Origin: Pseudodesulfovibrio piezophilus C1TLV30
Lineage (GTDB): Bacteria; Desulfobacterota; Desulfovibrionia; Desulfovibrionales; Desulfovibrionaceae
Direction of reading: 5' to 3'
NCBI RefSeq assembly: GCF_000341895.1
Contig: NC_020409.1
Span: 1,470,001-1,502,000, forward strand
Length of the DNA stretch: 32,000 nucleotides
Part shown: one piece after another, positions 1 to 8,790 of the stretch
How positions within the stretch are numbered: the stretch's first letter is position 1
Layout: every line of letters begins with the position of its first letter
Program-made: the position numbers and the translations under genes
The notes under the pieces: model-generated
Databases searched by the model: none
What the model saw: only the letters and a program-made list of their open reading frames with translations
What the model was told of the DNA's origin: nothing

Positions 1-68
1 TCCGCTTCCACATTCAAAAGACCCCCGACCAAAAACACCCGCTTATTTTCCACTATAAGGAGGACCCC

Positions 69-1211
69 TTGGCAGAGAAGACAGTATACTACATCGAAGG
101 TGACGGTATCGGCCCGGAAGTATGGAAGGCCGGCCGCCCGGCTCTCGATGCCGCAGTCAGCAAGGCATACGGCACAGAAAAAAAACTCAACTGGGTTGAA
201 CTGCTGGCCGGTGAAAAAGGCTTTGCTGAAACAGGCGAGCATCTGCCCAAAGCGACCATGGATGCCCTTGCCGGGGCCGAACTGGCCATGAAAGGACCAC
301 TCAACACTCCGGTTGGCAAAGGTTTCCGCAGTCTCAACGTCACCATGCGCCAGGTCTTTGATCTGTACGCCTGTATTCGTCCCATCAAATATTTCAAGGG
401 AATCGAATCCCCTGTCAAGCGTCCGGACCTCGTGGACATGACCGTGTTTCGAGAAAACACCGAGGATGTTTACGCAGGAATTGAATATCAGTCAGGCAGC
501 CCGGAAGCCAAGAAATTAATCGAATTTCTTGTGGACGAATTAGGAGCCAAGATTGATATGACAGCCGGTGTCGGCATCAAGCCAATCACACCCGCAGGTT
601 CCAAACGGCTGGTCAAGAAAGCCCTTGATTTTGCCATTGAACACAACAAGCCGTCAGTCACCCTTGTCCACAAAGGCAATATCATGAAAACCACGGAAGG
701 TGGTTTCCGGGCATGGGGATACGAATTGGCAGATGAAGACTACAAGGGCCAGGTTGTTCGTGAAGGCGAAGAAGGTGAAGGTGTCATCATCAAGGACCGC
801 ATTGCTGATGCCATGTTCCAGAATGTTCTGATGTATCCGGAACAATACTCTGTGCTCGCCACCACCAACCTCAACGGCGATTACATCTCTGATGCCCTCG
901 CTGCCCAGGTCGGTGGGCTTGGTCTTGCCCCCGGTGTCAACATGGGCGACACGCTCGCCTTCTTCGAACCGACTCACGGTACTGCTCCGACCATCGCAGG
1001 CAAGGATATGGCCAACCCTGGTTCCCTGATCCTTTCCGGTGCCATGATGCTGGAGCACATCGGCTGGCATGAAGCCGCAGCCCTGATCCATGCCTCCGTG
1101 GAAAAGGCGCTCGCAGCCAAAAAGGTCACTGTTGATCTCGCCGTCCAGATCCCTGGGTCCACTCAGATCGGATGTCAGGAGTTCGGTGATATCCTGCTGT
1201 CACAACTCTAG
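69..1211 (+). CDS. icd: NADP-dependent isocitrate dehydrogenase (short, about 380 aa type)
   Basis: 380-aa ORF with YYIEGDGIGPEVW near the N-terminus and NLNGDYISDALAAQVGGLGLAPG, typical of the isocitrate/isopropylmalate dehydrogenase family. TTG start lies 5 nt after AAGGAGG (57-63). Confidence 0.9.
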   Translation: MAEKTVYYIEGDGIGPEVWKAGRPALDAAVSKAYGTEKKLNWVELLAGEKGFAETGEHLPKATMDALAGAELAMKGPLNTPVGKGFRSLNVTMRQVFDLYACIRPIKYFKGIESPVKRPDLVDMTVFRENTEDVYAGIEYQSGSPEAKKLIEFLVDELGAKIDMTAGVGIKPITPAGSKRLVKKALDFAIEHNKPSVTLVHKGNIMKTTEGGFRAWGYELADEDYKGQVVREGEEGEGVIIKDRIADAMFQNVLMYPEQYSVLATTNLNGDYISDALAAQVGGLGLAPGVNMGDTLAFFEPTHGTAPTIAGKDMANPGSLILSGAMMLEHIGWHEAAALIHASVEKALAAKKVTVDLAVQIPGSTQIGCQEFGDILLSQL

Positions 1212-1235
1212 AGTCCCCAAAAAGATTCATATCCT

Positions 1236-1266
1236 GGCCGGTCTTTTCACAAGGACCGGCCTTTTT
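1236..1266 (+). terminator. Rho-independent terminator after icd
   Basis: GGCCGGTC (1236-1243) pairs with GACCGGCC (1254-1261) and is followed by TTTTT (1262-1266). Confidence 0.7.
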
Positions 1267-1416
1267 CATACCTCCATTGCCAATCACACTCTTCGCGATT
1301 GAGAACACGTATCTTTTCTTGTTCTCCCTCCTACCAAGAGAGGAAAAAATGAGGAAATAACCCAACAAGGTCTTATTTGGCTTGCCTAAATTTGCCCTGT
1401 CCACTAAACGGGATGA

Positions 1417-1977
1417 ATGTCTGAAAATGAGAAAAAAATACTGATTCTTGGCGTCGGAAACATCCTCTATACGGACGAAGGCTTTGGAGTCCGTGTTGCT
1501 GAGGAATTGGATCAGAAGTATCAATTCTCCCCCAATGTCGAGATTCTTGATGGTGGCACACTGGGACTGAGGCTGATGGGCCCCATCATGGATGCGGACT
1601 ATCTGATCATTATTGACATTGTGCTCAATGAAGGTGCTCCAGGTGACATGTTCCGATTGCTTGGTAATGACCTGCAAAAGGCCTGTGCTTTCAAAAATTC
1701 CATGCACCAAACCGACTTGCTTGATACCTTGGCCCAGTGTAGTCTGATGGGGAAGGTCCCGGACGATGTCATCCTCTATGGCATTGAACCGGTCAATTAC
1801 AAGGATATGTCCGCGGCCTTGACTCCTGAACTAGAAGCCAGGATTCCCGAGGTTATGGAGACAGTGCTCAAGGAAGTTGAAAAGGCGGGTGGAACTTACA
1901 CCCTTCGGACAGAGACGAACCCCGCTACGGAGAAAGTGTATGTGCCTCGCGATACCAGCAGAAATTCTGGAAATTAA
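1417..1977 (+). CDS. hynC: [NiFe] hydrogenase maturation endopeptidase (HyaD/HybD/HynC family)
   Basis: 186-aa ORF. KILILGVGNILYTDEGFGVRVAEEL and HQTDLLDTL match the hydrogenase maturation protease family. Its 3' end overlaps the hypC start. Confidence 0.85.
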   Translation: MSENEKKILILGVGNILYTDEGFGVRVAEELDQKYQFSPNVEILDGGTLGLRLMGPIMDADYLIIIDIVLNEGAPGDMFRLLGNDLQKACAFKNSMHQTDLLDTLAQCSLMGKVPDDVILYGIEPVNYKDMSAALTPELEARIPEVMETVLKEVEKAGGTYTLRTETNPATEKVYVPRDTSRNSGN

Positions 1978-2197
1978 TGACGGAGTCGCCACCTGTAAAG
2001 TAGGCGAAGGCGAAACCACGGTTCAGGCATCGATTATGTTGCTGGACGAAGAAGTAACCCTGGGTGATTACATCATCATTCACGCCGGATTTGCTTTGCG
2101 TAAACTCGACCCCAAAGAAGCAGAAGAAACACTCAAAATCCTACGAGATATGCTTGAGTTGGTCGGCGGAGACGAATACCAACACGAAATGCTGTAA
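1940..2197 (+). CDS. hypC: Hydrogenase assembly chaperone HypC/HupF
   Basis: Start set at the ATG giving MCLAIPAE; the Met-Cys-Leu-x-Ile-Pro N-terminus is invariant in HypC. 85 aa. The ORF-track start at 1877 is upstream of this conserved N-terminus. Confidence 0.85.
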   Translation: MCLAIPAEILEINDGVATCKVGEGETTVQASIMLLDEEVTLGDYIIIHAGFALRKLDPKEAEETLKILRDMLELVGGDEYQHEML

Positions 2198-2210
2198 ATC
2201 AGTCGGCGCT

Positions 2211-2264
2211 TCATCAATGCACACGGCCCGGAACCATATGGTTTCGGGCCGTGTGCATTGATGA
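2211..2264. repeat. 54-nt near-perfect inverted repeat between convergent hypC and a membrane-protein gene (possible bidirectional terminator)
   Basis: TCATCAATGCACACGGCCCG (2211-2230) is the exact reverse complement of 2245-2264. The inner GAACC/GGTTT extends the stem around the palindromic CATATG. There is no clear U-tract on either strand. Confidence 0.6.
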
Positions 2265-2278
2265 ACAAAAAACATTTC

Positions 2279-2773
2279 TCAAGAGCCTTTTTTTTTGCCT
2301 GGCAAAAAAGAAGACCGCAAAAAATCCGGACAAAGAAAGACGAACGGGTTCCTCACCACCTTGTCTGGTAAAACATGATACCAACGATAACCCAACAGAT
2401 GAAAATAAGCGCGCGCGGAGACGCCATGCCCAGTTTCATCAGCCGCAAAAAGAGCGGCATCGCGTTGACAACGGGAAGAAGCAAGCGGTTCAAAGATGCG
2501 TTCGCTATAGCCGAATTTCAAAAGCATAGCCTTGATGCGTCTATATTCACGATGACGGGAAATTCCATCGGCAAAGGCAAAACCGGCAATGCCCAACCAA
2601 CCAAATCCCCAAAGGGCAAACAAGGATGCCTGAAAGGGGTTTCCCTGTATCCACAAGGAAACTCCCATCCCTTTAAAGAGAAGGGCTGTAAACAGGGCAC
2701 CCACCCCCGTCACGTAGGGCCAGGGTGCGGCTTTGGCAAATCGAAACCCGGCCATAATTCGTTCACCCATCAT
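2279..2773 (-). CDS. Hypothetical small membrane protein with a soluble C-terminal domain
   Basis: Open frame to 2830, but that TTG lies in the U-tract of the hynA terminator, so the ATG-ATG at 2773/2770 is preferred (2755 is also possible). Two hydrophobic segments (WPYVTGVGALFTALLF, ASLFALWGFGWLGIAGFAFA). No family recognised. Confidence 0.5.
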   Translation of the reverse strand: MMGERIMAGFRFAKAAPWPYVTGVGALFTALLFKGMGVSLWIQGNPFQASLFALWGFGWLGIAGFAFADGISRHREYRRIKAMLLKFGYSERIFEPLASSRCQRDAALFAADETGHGVSARAYFHLLGYRWYHVLPDKVVRNPFVFLCPDFLRSSFLPGKKKGS

Positions 2774-2823
2774 GAAGCCCTGATAGCCAAGGACATTGTG
2801 AAGGTCAAATCCACCATACAATT

Positions 2824-2860
2824 CAAACAAAAAAGGAGCCGGACATAAGCCCAGCTCCTT
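2824..2860 (-). terminator. Rho-independent terminator after hynA
   Basis: On the minus strand: AAGGAGC, a 14-nt loop, GCTCCTT, then TTTTGTTTG. It begins 25 nt after the hynA stop. Confidence 0.65.
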
Positions 2861-2884
2861 AATGATCGTTCGAGGATACCTCGT

Positions 2885-4603
2885 TTACAGGATCTTGAAC
2901 TTCTTGACGTTACCGGTCTTGTTATCAATGACGTGCACGCCACAGGCGATGCAGGGATCATAGGAATGAACGGTACGCAGGATTTCCACCGGACGCTCAG
3001 GATCAGCGATCGGTGTATTATCGAGCAATGCCTCTTCCAGCGGACCGGGGAGGTCATTGTCGCAACGGGGACCGATATTCCAGGTGGAGGGAACTACAAG
3101 CTGGAAATTGTCGATCTTGGAGTCTTTGATATCAATCCAGTGGCTCAGACCACCGCGGGGAGCGTTGACAAAACCGACACCCTGCGCTTCGGAAGGCATG
3201 TCCCAATCTTTGCAGATGTCCATGTCACCCTTGGCCACGTTTTCTTTCAGATCATTGACCCATTCTTCTGTCTTGAGCGTGGTGATCAGGCACTCGATAC
3301 CGCGTGCGCCTGTCCGCCCCAGAGTGGAGAAAAGAGCCTCGGGACCGACACTCAACGCATTGAGAACGAAGTCGACATAAGTCTTGTATTCAGGATGTCC
3401 GAGACCGTAGTTGACCAGACACGTTGCGAGAGGACCGACTTCGACGGATTTCCCTTCGTAGCGGGGAGCCTTCATCCAAGAGTATTTGGTCTTGTCATCC
3501 AGGCTGGTATACATGGGATCAGTCACACCTGAGTATGGGTGTTTCGGAGAGTCATCCTTGTACCAGGAGTGCTTGACGTGCTCCTCGATATTGTCAGGAT
3601 TGAAGTCCATGACATTGCCGAGATCACGATTGTATATGACGCCGGGCTTCACGTAACGACCACTCAGGTCCGCTTCGGTTCCCGGAGCCGGGAATTCGCC
3701 AAAGCTCATGAAGTTGGTTGTGCCACCGATGGAAGCCCAATCTTTGTAGAAACCAGCCACGGCAATGAGGTCCGGGATGTAACAGTCGAGGACGAAGTCC
3801 TTGATTTCGGAATACAGAGCCAGATAATCATTGATGTACTTGTCGGTGAGCCCTTCGTAGCAGGTCACTCCACCCATGACGGTGAACTGGGTATGCGGAT
3901 TCTTGGCACCCCAGACAGCCATGGCACGAGCAGCTTTGACCTGCATGTGCAGAGCCTTCAAGTAGTGATCTGTCGCCAACAGGTTGACTTCGGGCGGCAG
4001 AACGTAAGCCGGGTGACCGCCGAGGAAGTACGCATTGGTGAAGATACCCAAACGACCAGATTCGACAATTCCTTTGACGGTGTCCTTGGTCTTCTGAAGT
4101 TCTTCCCTGCTGGAAACGATCTTCGGGTCCTTGCGAACAGTCTGGGCAACACCTGCGGCCAATTCTGCGGCTTTGGAGACATCGGCGTTCAAACAAGCTG
4201 AAACATCAACAAAGTCAAGTGCATGCAGGTGATAGAAATGCACGATGTGATCGTGCATAAACTGGGAAGCCAGCACAAGGTTACGAATAATGGTAGCATT
4301 GTGAGGCAGTTCTTTGTCAACGCCAACGGCGTTATCGACACAGCGGATGGAAGCGAGTGCGTGCACGTATGTGCAGACACCGCAGGAGCGCTGGGTGAAA
4401 TGCTGAGCATCGCGGGGATCACGGCCCTTCAGGATGATCTCGAGACCACGAAACAGCTGAGAGCTGGAGCGGACATCGACGATCTTGCCGTCTTCGACCA
4501 CTGCTTCCACGCGAAGATGACCCTCAATTCTGGTCACTGGATCAACGACGACGTCGTGTCTCCCTTGAACCATCGCGGGGCCGGATTTTGCGCAACCGGA
4601 CAT
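2885..4603 (-). CDS. hynA: Periplasmic [NiFe] hydrogenase large subunit
   Basis: 572 aa. N-terminal RIEGH and RSCGVCTYVH (CxxC Ni ligands). C-terminal DPCIACGVH followed by a 15-aa tail, the substrate for the maturation protease. Strong SD (GGAGGA) upstream. No in-frame TGA, so not the NiFeSe type. Confidence 0.95.
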   Translation of the reverse strand: MSGCAKSGPAMVQGRHDVVVDPVTRIEGHLRVEAVVEDGKIVDVRSSSQLFRGLEIILKGRDPRDAQHFTQRSCGVCTYVHALASIRCVDNAVGVDKELPHNATIIRNLVLASQFMHDHIVHFYHLHALDFVDVSACLNADVSKAAELAAGVAQTVRKDPKIVSSREELQKTKDTVKGIVESGRLGIFTNAYFLGGHPAYVLPPEVNLLATDHYLKALHMQVKAARAMAVWGAKNPHTQFTVMGGVTCYEGLTDKYINDYLALYSEIKDFVLDCYIPDLIAVAGFYKDWASIGGTTNFMSFGEFPAPGTEADLSGRYVKPGVIYNRDLGNVMDFNPDNIEEHVKHSWYKDDSPKHPYSGVTDPMYTSLDDKTKYSWMKAPRYEGKSVEVGPLATCLVNYGLGHPEYKTYVDFVLNALSVGPEALFSTLGRTGARGIECLITTLKTEEWVNDLKENVAKGDMDICKDWDMPSEAQGVGFVNAPRGGLSHWIDIKDSKIDNFQLVVPSTWNIGPRCDNDLPGPLEEALLDNTPIADPERPVEILRTVHSYDPCIACGVHVIDNKTGNVKKFKIL

Positions 4604-4668
4604 AATATATCCTCCTTGGAATGAATTCTGATTTGCGTCTGCTTAAGTGAAGCGTATCGGACCAGAGA

Positions 4669-5655
4669 CTAGAAGTCGGTCAGATCGGCGTACATGTGAG
4701 CTTCGCCATCCCAATCGGCACCATCCCAGAAATCAGGCTGAGAACAGCCGATGCAGGGATGACCGGCCTGGACGGGCCAATTGTACTGATTGAACTTCAC
4801 TGTCGGGCAGTTGTTGAAGGTCTCGGGACCACGGCAACCGAGCTTGCGCAGACACCACCCCTTGCGGGCTTCTTCTGAACCGAAGGACGGAGCGAACTGG
4901 TCCATATCGAAGAATTCCTGACGAGGACAGTTGTCGTGAACGGTCTCGCCATAGAAAGCGACCGGACGACCAACATCGTCGAGTTCGGGGATACCCTTGG
5001 TCACATAGTACACGATGGTACCGACCAGGGAGAATGGATTCGGGGGACAACCGGGAACATTGACAATAGGCTTGCCGGGGTACAGCTCGCCGACGCCTTT
5101 GGTTCCGGTCGGATTCGGTGCGGCCTTCTGAACGCCGCCATAGGAAGCACAGGTACCGTAAGTGATTGTGGCCAATGCTTTTTCAACAACCTTGGTGGTG
5201 TTTTCATACATGGTATGGCCACCGACTTTACCATGAGCGCCAGGCTCGTTGGCCGTTCCGGCCACGGCAGTGGGAACACCACCTTCGATGACAGCAACGT
5301 ACGCGCCTTTCTCCACAGTTTCCCACAGGGCTTCCTCGGCAGCGTGACCGGCGGCAGCCATGATGGTCTCATGGTAATTCAGCGAGATATAATCCAGGAT
5401 GAGAGCATCAATGTAGGGTTCCACGGTTCTCAAAATAGATTCGGAACACCCAGTACATTCTGCATTGTGCAACCAAACGACATCAGGCCTGGTATCTGCG
5501 GTGAGGGCTTCGGCGACTTTCGGAGCGAAAGCCGGTCCCATGCCCATCACTGCGGCCACGGTTCCGCAGAACTTCATGAAATCACGACGAGTGACGCCGC
5601 GCTTTTCCAGCCGTTCCACGGCTCCGTCCCTGCCATGACCTACGGAAAATTTCAT
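4669..5655 (-). CDS. hynB: Periplasmic [NiFe] hydrogenase small subunit with Tat signal peptide
   Basis: Start set at MKFSVGHG, with GGAGGT 5 nt upstream. Twin-arginine motif RRDFMKF and AEA cleavage-type site. Cys-rich Fe-S ligand pattern (CTGC, GCPP, CIGC). The ORF-track start at 5712 uses a non-ATG codon with no SD. Confidence 0.93.
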   Translation of the reverse strand: MKFSVGHGRDGAVERLEKRGVTRRDFMKFCGTVAAVMGMGPAFAPKVAEALTADTRPDVVWLHNAECTGCSESILRTVEPYIDALILDYISLNYHETIMAAAGHAAEEALWETVEKGAYVAVIEGGVPTAVAGTANEPGAHGKVGGHTMYENTTKVVEKALATITYGTCASYGGVQKAAPNPTGTKGVGELYPGKPIVNVPGCPPNPFSLVGTIVYYVTKGIPELDDVGRPVAFYGETVHDNCPRQEFFDMDQFAPSFGSEEARKGWCLRKLGCRGPETFNNCPTVKFNQYNWPVQAGHPCIGCSQPDFWDGADWDGEAHMYADLTDF

Positions 5656-5759
5656 AGAACACCTCCGTAATAAAATGAGTCTGTCACGAGTGGTGAACAC
5701 CGTTATCCCCACCCGCGACCGTCGGACACCTGCCCGAACTCGGACCTAACCAACATCAA

Positions 5760-5817
5760 ATAGCACGAATACGATAAACGTGCCATTTTTGACATTCTTT
5801 TCCCGAGTTCGTGCTAT
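5760..5817. repeat. 10-bp perfect inverted repeat, 38-nt spacer, upstream of hynB
   Basis: ATAGCACGAA (5760-5769) and TTCGTGCTAT (5808-5817), 105-160 nt upstream of the hynB start in an AT-rich intergenic region. Confidence 0.5.
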
Positions 5818-5903
5818 AACCCCCCGGAAAAATTAATTAAGAAATTCGTATCTCGGATCACTGACAAAATCAATAGGCAACTATAAAAAACTTTCAAACG
5901 TAT

Positions 5904-5920
5904 CGGCACGCTAGATGCAT
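5904..5920 (+). promoter_or_regulatory. Candidate sigma-54 (-24/-12) promoter
   Basis: cGGCACGctagaTGCAt has the GG and GC dinucleotides at the canonical spacing of the TGGCAC-N5-TTGC consensus. It lies 45 nt upstream of the ATG at 5965. Confidence 0.35.
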
Positions 5921-5964
5921 TGAACCCTCCAACGGGAAACGAGTTCCCACTGATTGAGCAATCA

Positions 5965-6795
5965 ATGAATACTGGCAAAAAGAGGACTCTCCTCAGGACA
6001 TTCAGGACACCCAAGAAACTCCCCATGAAACGTCATTCGGCAACGCCATACATACTCGATTTCGGAATTGGTGCTCCCGTTCGGTTAGAGTTGGACCTCC
6101 CTGACAAGACCCTCTCCCCCTTTGAGCTGGTGCCCCATATTTATCAGATAACCGATGCCATGATCACACAGACATGCAAGGCTCTTGCCCTGTCTGGAAA
6201 CACCGTTCAATGTGGTCCAGGCTGTGGCATTTGCTGCAACCAGCTTGTCCCGATCAGCGAGTACGAAGCCGTCCATATTGCAACGGTCGTCAGAAATATG
6301 CCCAAAGGGAGACGCTCCCGCGTCATAAACCGCTTTAATCAGGGGATTGCCCGATTGGACAAAGCGGGACTTGTCTCGAAACTCGCCCAGGCATACACCC
6401 GCGATGTGCATGACCAGCACAAGCTCCTGGACTTGAAAAAACACTATTGGCGTCTCGCCATTCCCTGCCCTTTTCTCGAAGAGAACTCCTGTTCGATCCA
6501 TCCACATCGCCCTGTCGCCTGTCGACAGTACCTTGTGACTTCTGCGCCACACCAATGTGCCGCCCTCTATTCATCCGATGCAAGGCACGAGGTTGTCATT
6601 CACCCAGCAGACGTTGGCGGTGCCCTGGCCTCTTTTTCCGGAGAAGGATTAGCCCATTCCCGCGCCCTTCCTTTGATTTTCTCTTTGCTCGCCGAGCGCG
6701 GCCTTCTCTCCCAATCACCACCGACCCTCCACGCACACCGCATGATGAATCGTTTCCTCGACCTGCTCGCCATCGGTTTCTCCAGATCAAATTGA
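5965..6795 (+). CDS. YkgJ/UPF0153-type CxxCxxCC zinc- or iron-chelating domain protein
   Basis: CGPGCGICCN and the downstream CPFLEENSCSIHPHRPVACRQY motif are typical of that family. Start is uncertain (TTG 5920, ATG 5965, ATG 6025) and no strong SD is seen. Confidence 0.6.
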   Translation: MNTGKKRTLLRTFRTPKKLPMKRHSATPYILDFGIGAPVRLELDLPDKTLSPFELVPHIYQITDAMITQTCKALALSGNTVQCGPGCGICCNQLVPISEYEAVHIATVVRNMPKGRRSRVINRFNQGIARLDKAGLVSKLAQAYTRDVHDQHKLLDLKKHYWRLAIPCPFLEENSCSIHPHRPVACRQYLVTSAPHQCAALYSSDARHEVVIHPADVGGALASFSGEGLAHSRALPLIFSLLAERGLLSQSPPTLHAHRMMNRFLDLLAIGFSRSN

Positions 6796-6894
6796 TTCTG
6801 CAAGGAGCAAGGACATCATTGACAGACCGCTGACATCATAGCACGGTAGAGACTCAAACATGTCCCTGTGACTTCTTTACCGGAGGAAACAACG

Positions 6895-7521
6895 ATGCTG
6901 AGAAAAGTCATTTTCTTCATGACAGCCATCACGCTGTTAGCATGGTCAAAAGCCCAAGCCGGCTCGACAATCATTGAACTCTGGACCAAGGCACCCCCTC
7001 CACCCGTGCCCAAAGTCTTCCCGGTGACGGTAGATGCACACCACACCGCCTTGCTGATTCTTGATATTGAGGAACGCACTTGTGACATAGAACAACGTCC
7101 ACGGTGCCTGGAGACTGTTCCACATATCGCCGCACTCATGAAATCGGCACGAGCCCAGGCCATGCCGGTGATCTATAGTCAAATAGCCAGACCAACACCA
7201 ATCCTGCCTGAAGTTCTTCCTGCTCCCGGAGATCCGATAGTCAGCTCAGGAGTGAATAAATTTTACCACACGGACCTTGAGGCCATCCTGAAAATAAAGA
7301 AAATAAACACTGTCATCATCACCGGAACAGCAGCCCATGGAGCGGTTTTGCATACGGCAACAGGAGCTGCCATGCGCGGACTGTCCGTCATCATCCCGGT
7401 AGACTGTCTTTCTGGTGCATCGTTATACACGGAACAAGCGGCAGTCTGGTGCCTGATCAATGGTCCCGGCACACGCCGTAATACCACCTTGACCACATCC
7501 AATCTCATTACAATCCAATAA
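6895..7521 (+). CDS. Secreted isochorismatase/cysteine-hydrolase family protein, possibly non-catalytic
   Basis: Start at MLRKVIFFM, 8 nt after GGAGG. Signal peptide ends AQA-GS. ALLILDIEE and NTVIITGTAAHGAVLHTATGAAMRG follow the isochorismatase fold pattern. Confidence 0.65.
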   Translation: MLRKVIFFMTAITLLAWSKAQAGSTIIELWTKAPPPPVPKVFPVTVDAHHTALLILDIEERTCDIEQRPRCLETVPHIAALMKSARAQAMPVIYSQIARPTPILPEVLPAPGDPIVSSGVNKFYHTDLEAILKIKKINTVIITGTAAHGAVLHTATGAAMRGLSVIIPVDCLSGASLYTEQAAVWCLINGPGTRRNTTLTTSNLITIQ

Positions 7522-7534
7522 TCGGAGCACACTC

Positions 7535-7843
7535 ATGAGCGTCATTGTCGAACTCTCCATATTCCCCATGGATAAGGAAGGACTCAGTCTGAGCCCGTAT
7601 GTAGCTCGCGTCATATCCATCATCAAATCGTCCGGCCTTTCATACCAGCTTGGCCCCATGGGGACATGCATTGAGGGCGAATGGTCAAAGGTCATGCAGG
7701 TTGTCGACCGCTGCTACCGGGAACTGGAACAGGATTGCGACCGCATCTACCTGACGATCAAAGCAGACAGCAGGCGCAACAGGACCAAAGGAATGATCGC
7801 TAAGGTTGAGAGTGTCCTTTCCAAGGCGACTGACTCCCGATAG
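7535..7843 (+). CDS. MTH1187/YkoF (DUF77, UPF0045) family protein
   Basis: 102 aa. VIVELSIFPMD...SPYVA...SGL.YQLGPMGTCIEGEW matches the small thiamine-binding-like DUF77 family. Confidence 0.65.
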   Translation: MSVIVELSIFPMDKEGLSLSPYVARVISIIKSSGLSYQLGPMGTCIEGEWSKVMQVVDRCYRELEQDCDRIYLTIKADSRRNRTKGMIAKVESVLSKATDSR

Positions 7844-7906
7844 ACGAATATTCAACCTGCCCGAAGTCGGGAGGAAGATTTCCACCCACCCCCCAAAGAG
7901 GGAATC

Positions 7907-8551
7907 ATGGCCCAACAGTCCATTCAGATGAAACAGGTCTCCCGAGGGAACTACCTGATGCGCAGTGTTCTCAAACACAACGTTATCTTCAATGAGGGGA
8001 CAAGTGGTGATGCGGCCTATATACTCACGGAGGGGAAAATAGAAATTTCAGGAATCATGGAAGGGCACAAAAAAGTGTTTGCAGTACTCACCCCCATTTC
8101 AATTTTTGGAGAAATGGCGCTTGTGCTGGACGAGGGAATCCGCACGGCCACTGCCATTGCTCTGGAGGATTCCAAAGTCATCGTCGTCACCAAGAACGAC
8201 CTGCTTCAGTTCATGAACGAATCCCCAAAGGTTATCTCTGCTATCATAACCGTTCTAGTCAGCCGACTCAAATCAACCACCAAAAAAGCCATGAAAGTTC
8301 CGTCTATCGGCATGGGTGTTGTCCGTACCCTTGACCTCTTTGCCATAAACGGGGTGATGAAAATCAAATATGACACCACAGTCAAATCATTGGCGGATAC
8401 CTTTGTCACCACACCGGAGAATATCGAAAGCTATATCCACGGCCTCGCTGATCAAAAACTCCTCGTCGTTGGCCGGGACCGAAACGATACCCGCATTATT
8501 CGACTCAGGGAACGCAACCTGCTCCGGGAAGTCCTGACCCGCAAGAATTGA
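7907..8551 (+). CDS. Cyclic-nucleotide-binding domain protein (Crp/Fnr-like)
   Basis: 214 aa. VIFNEGTSGDAAYILTEGKIEI...IFGEMALV...RTATAIA is a cNMP-binding beta-barrel signature. The C-terminal part is plausibly a winged helix. Confidence 0.7.
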   Translation: MAQQSIQMKQVSRGNYLMRSVLKHNVIFNEGTSGDAAYILTEGKIEISGIMEGHKKVFAVLTPISIFGEMALVLDEGIRTATAIALEDSKVIVVTKNDLLQFMNESPKVISAIITVLVSRLKSTTKKAMKVPSIGMGVVRTLDLFAINGVMKIKYDTTVKSLADTFVTTPENIESYIHGLADQKLLVVGRDRNDTRIIRLRERNLLREVLTRKN

Positions 8552-8790
8552 GCAGAACAAGCTCACTTGGAAGCTGCTTCCTGTTGACCGGTCACCCCTC
8601 TTCCCTCAATGAAGGAGCGCCCCCCCTTCCCGCACATGATCGGTAAAAGATTCACGGGATAGGCCATCTGAAAACTCCCCCTTTTTCAGAAAAGAGAAAG
8701 AAACAAAAGTCTGTCCAACAAACATGAAAAGTAGGAAAAGCGAAGCAGCAGATAAGCCGATTTTTCGGTCACAATTTCACGTTGACCCGT

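Noticed and set aside
2885-4603. Possibility that the hydrogenase is the [NiFeSe] type, with a selenocysteine TGA.
   Set aside because: The C-terminal Ni-ligand motif reads DPCIACGVH with ordinary Cys codons, and the frame has no internal TGA.
5656-5712. Extended hynB start at 5712 (MGITVFTT...).
   Set aside because: It uses a non-ATG codon with no SD. The ATG at 5655 has GGAGGT upstream and gives a standard-length Tat signal peptide.
5770-5786. TGGCAC on the minus strand upstream of hynB as a sigma-54 promoter.
   Set aside because: The -12 position reads TCGT rather than TTGC, so the GC dinucleotide is missing at the required spacing. The TGGCAC is probably a chance match.
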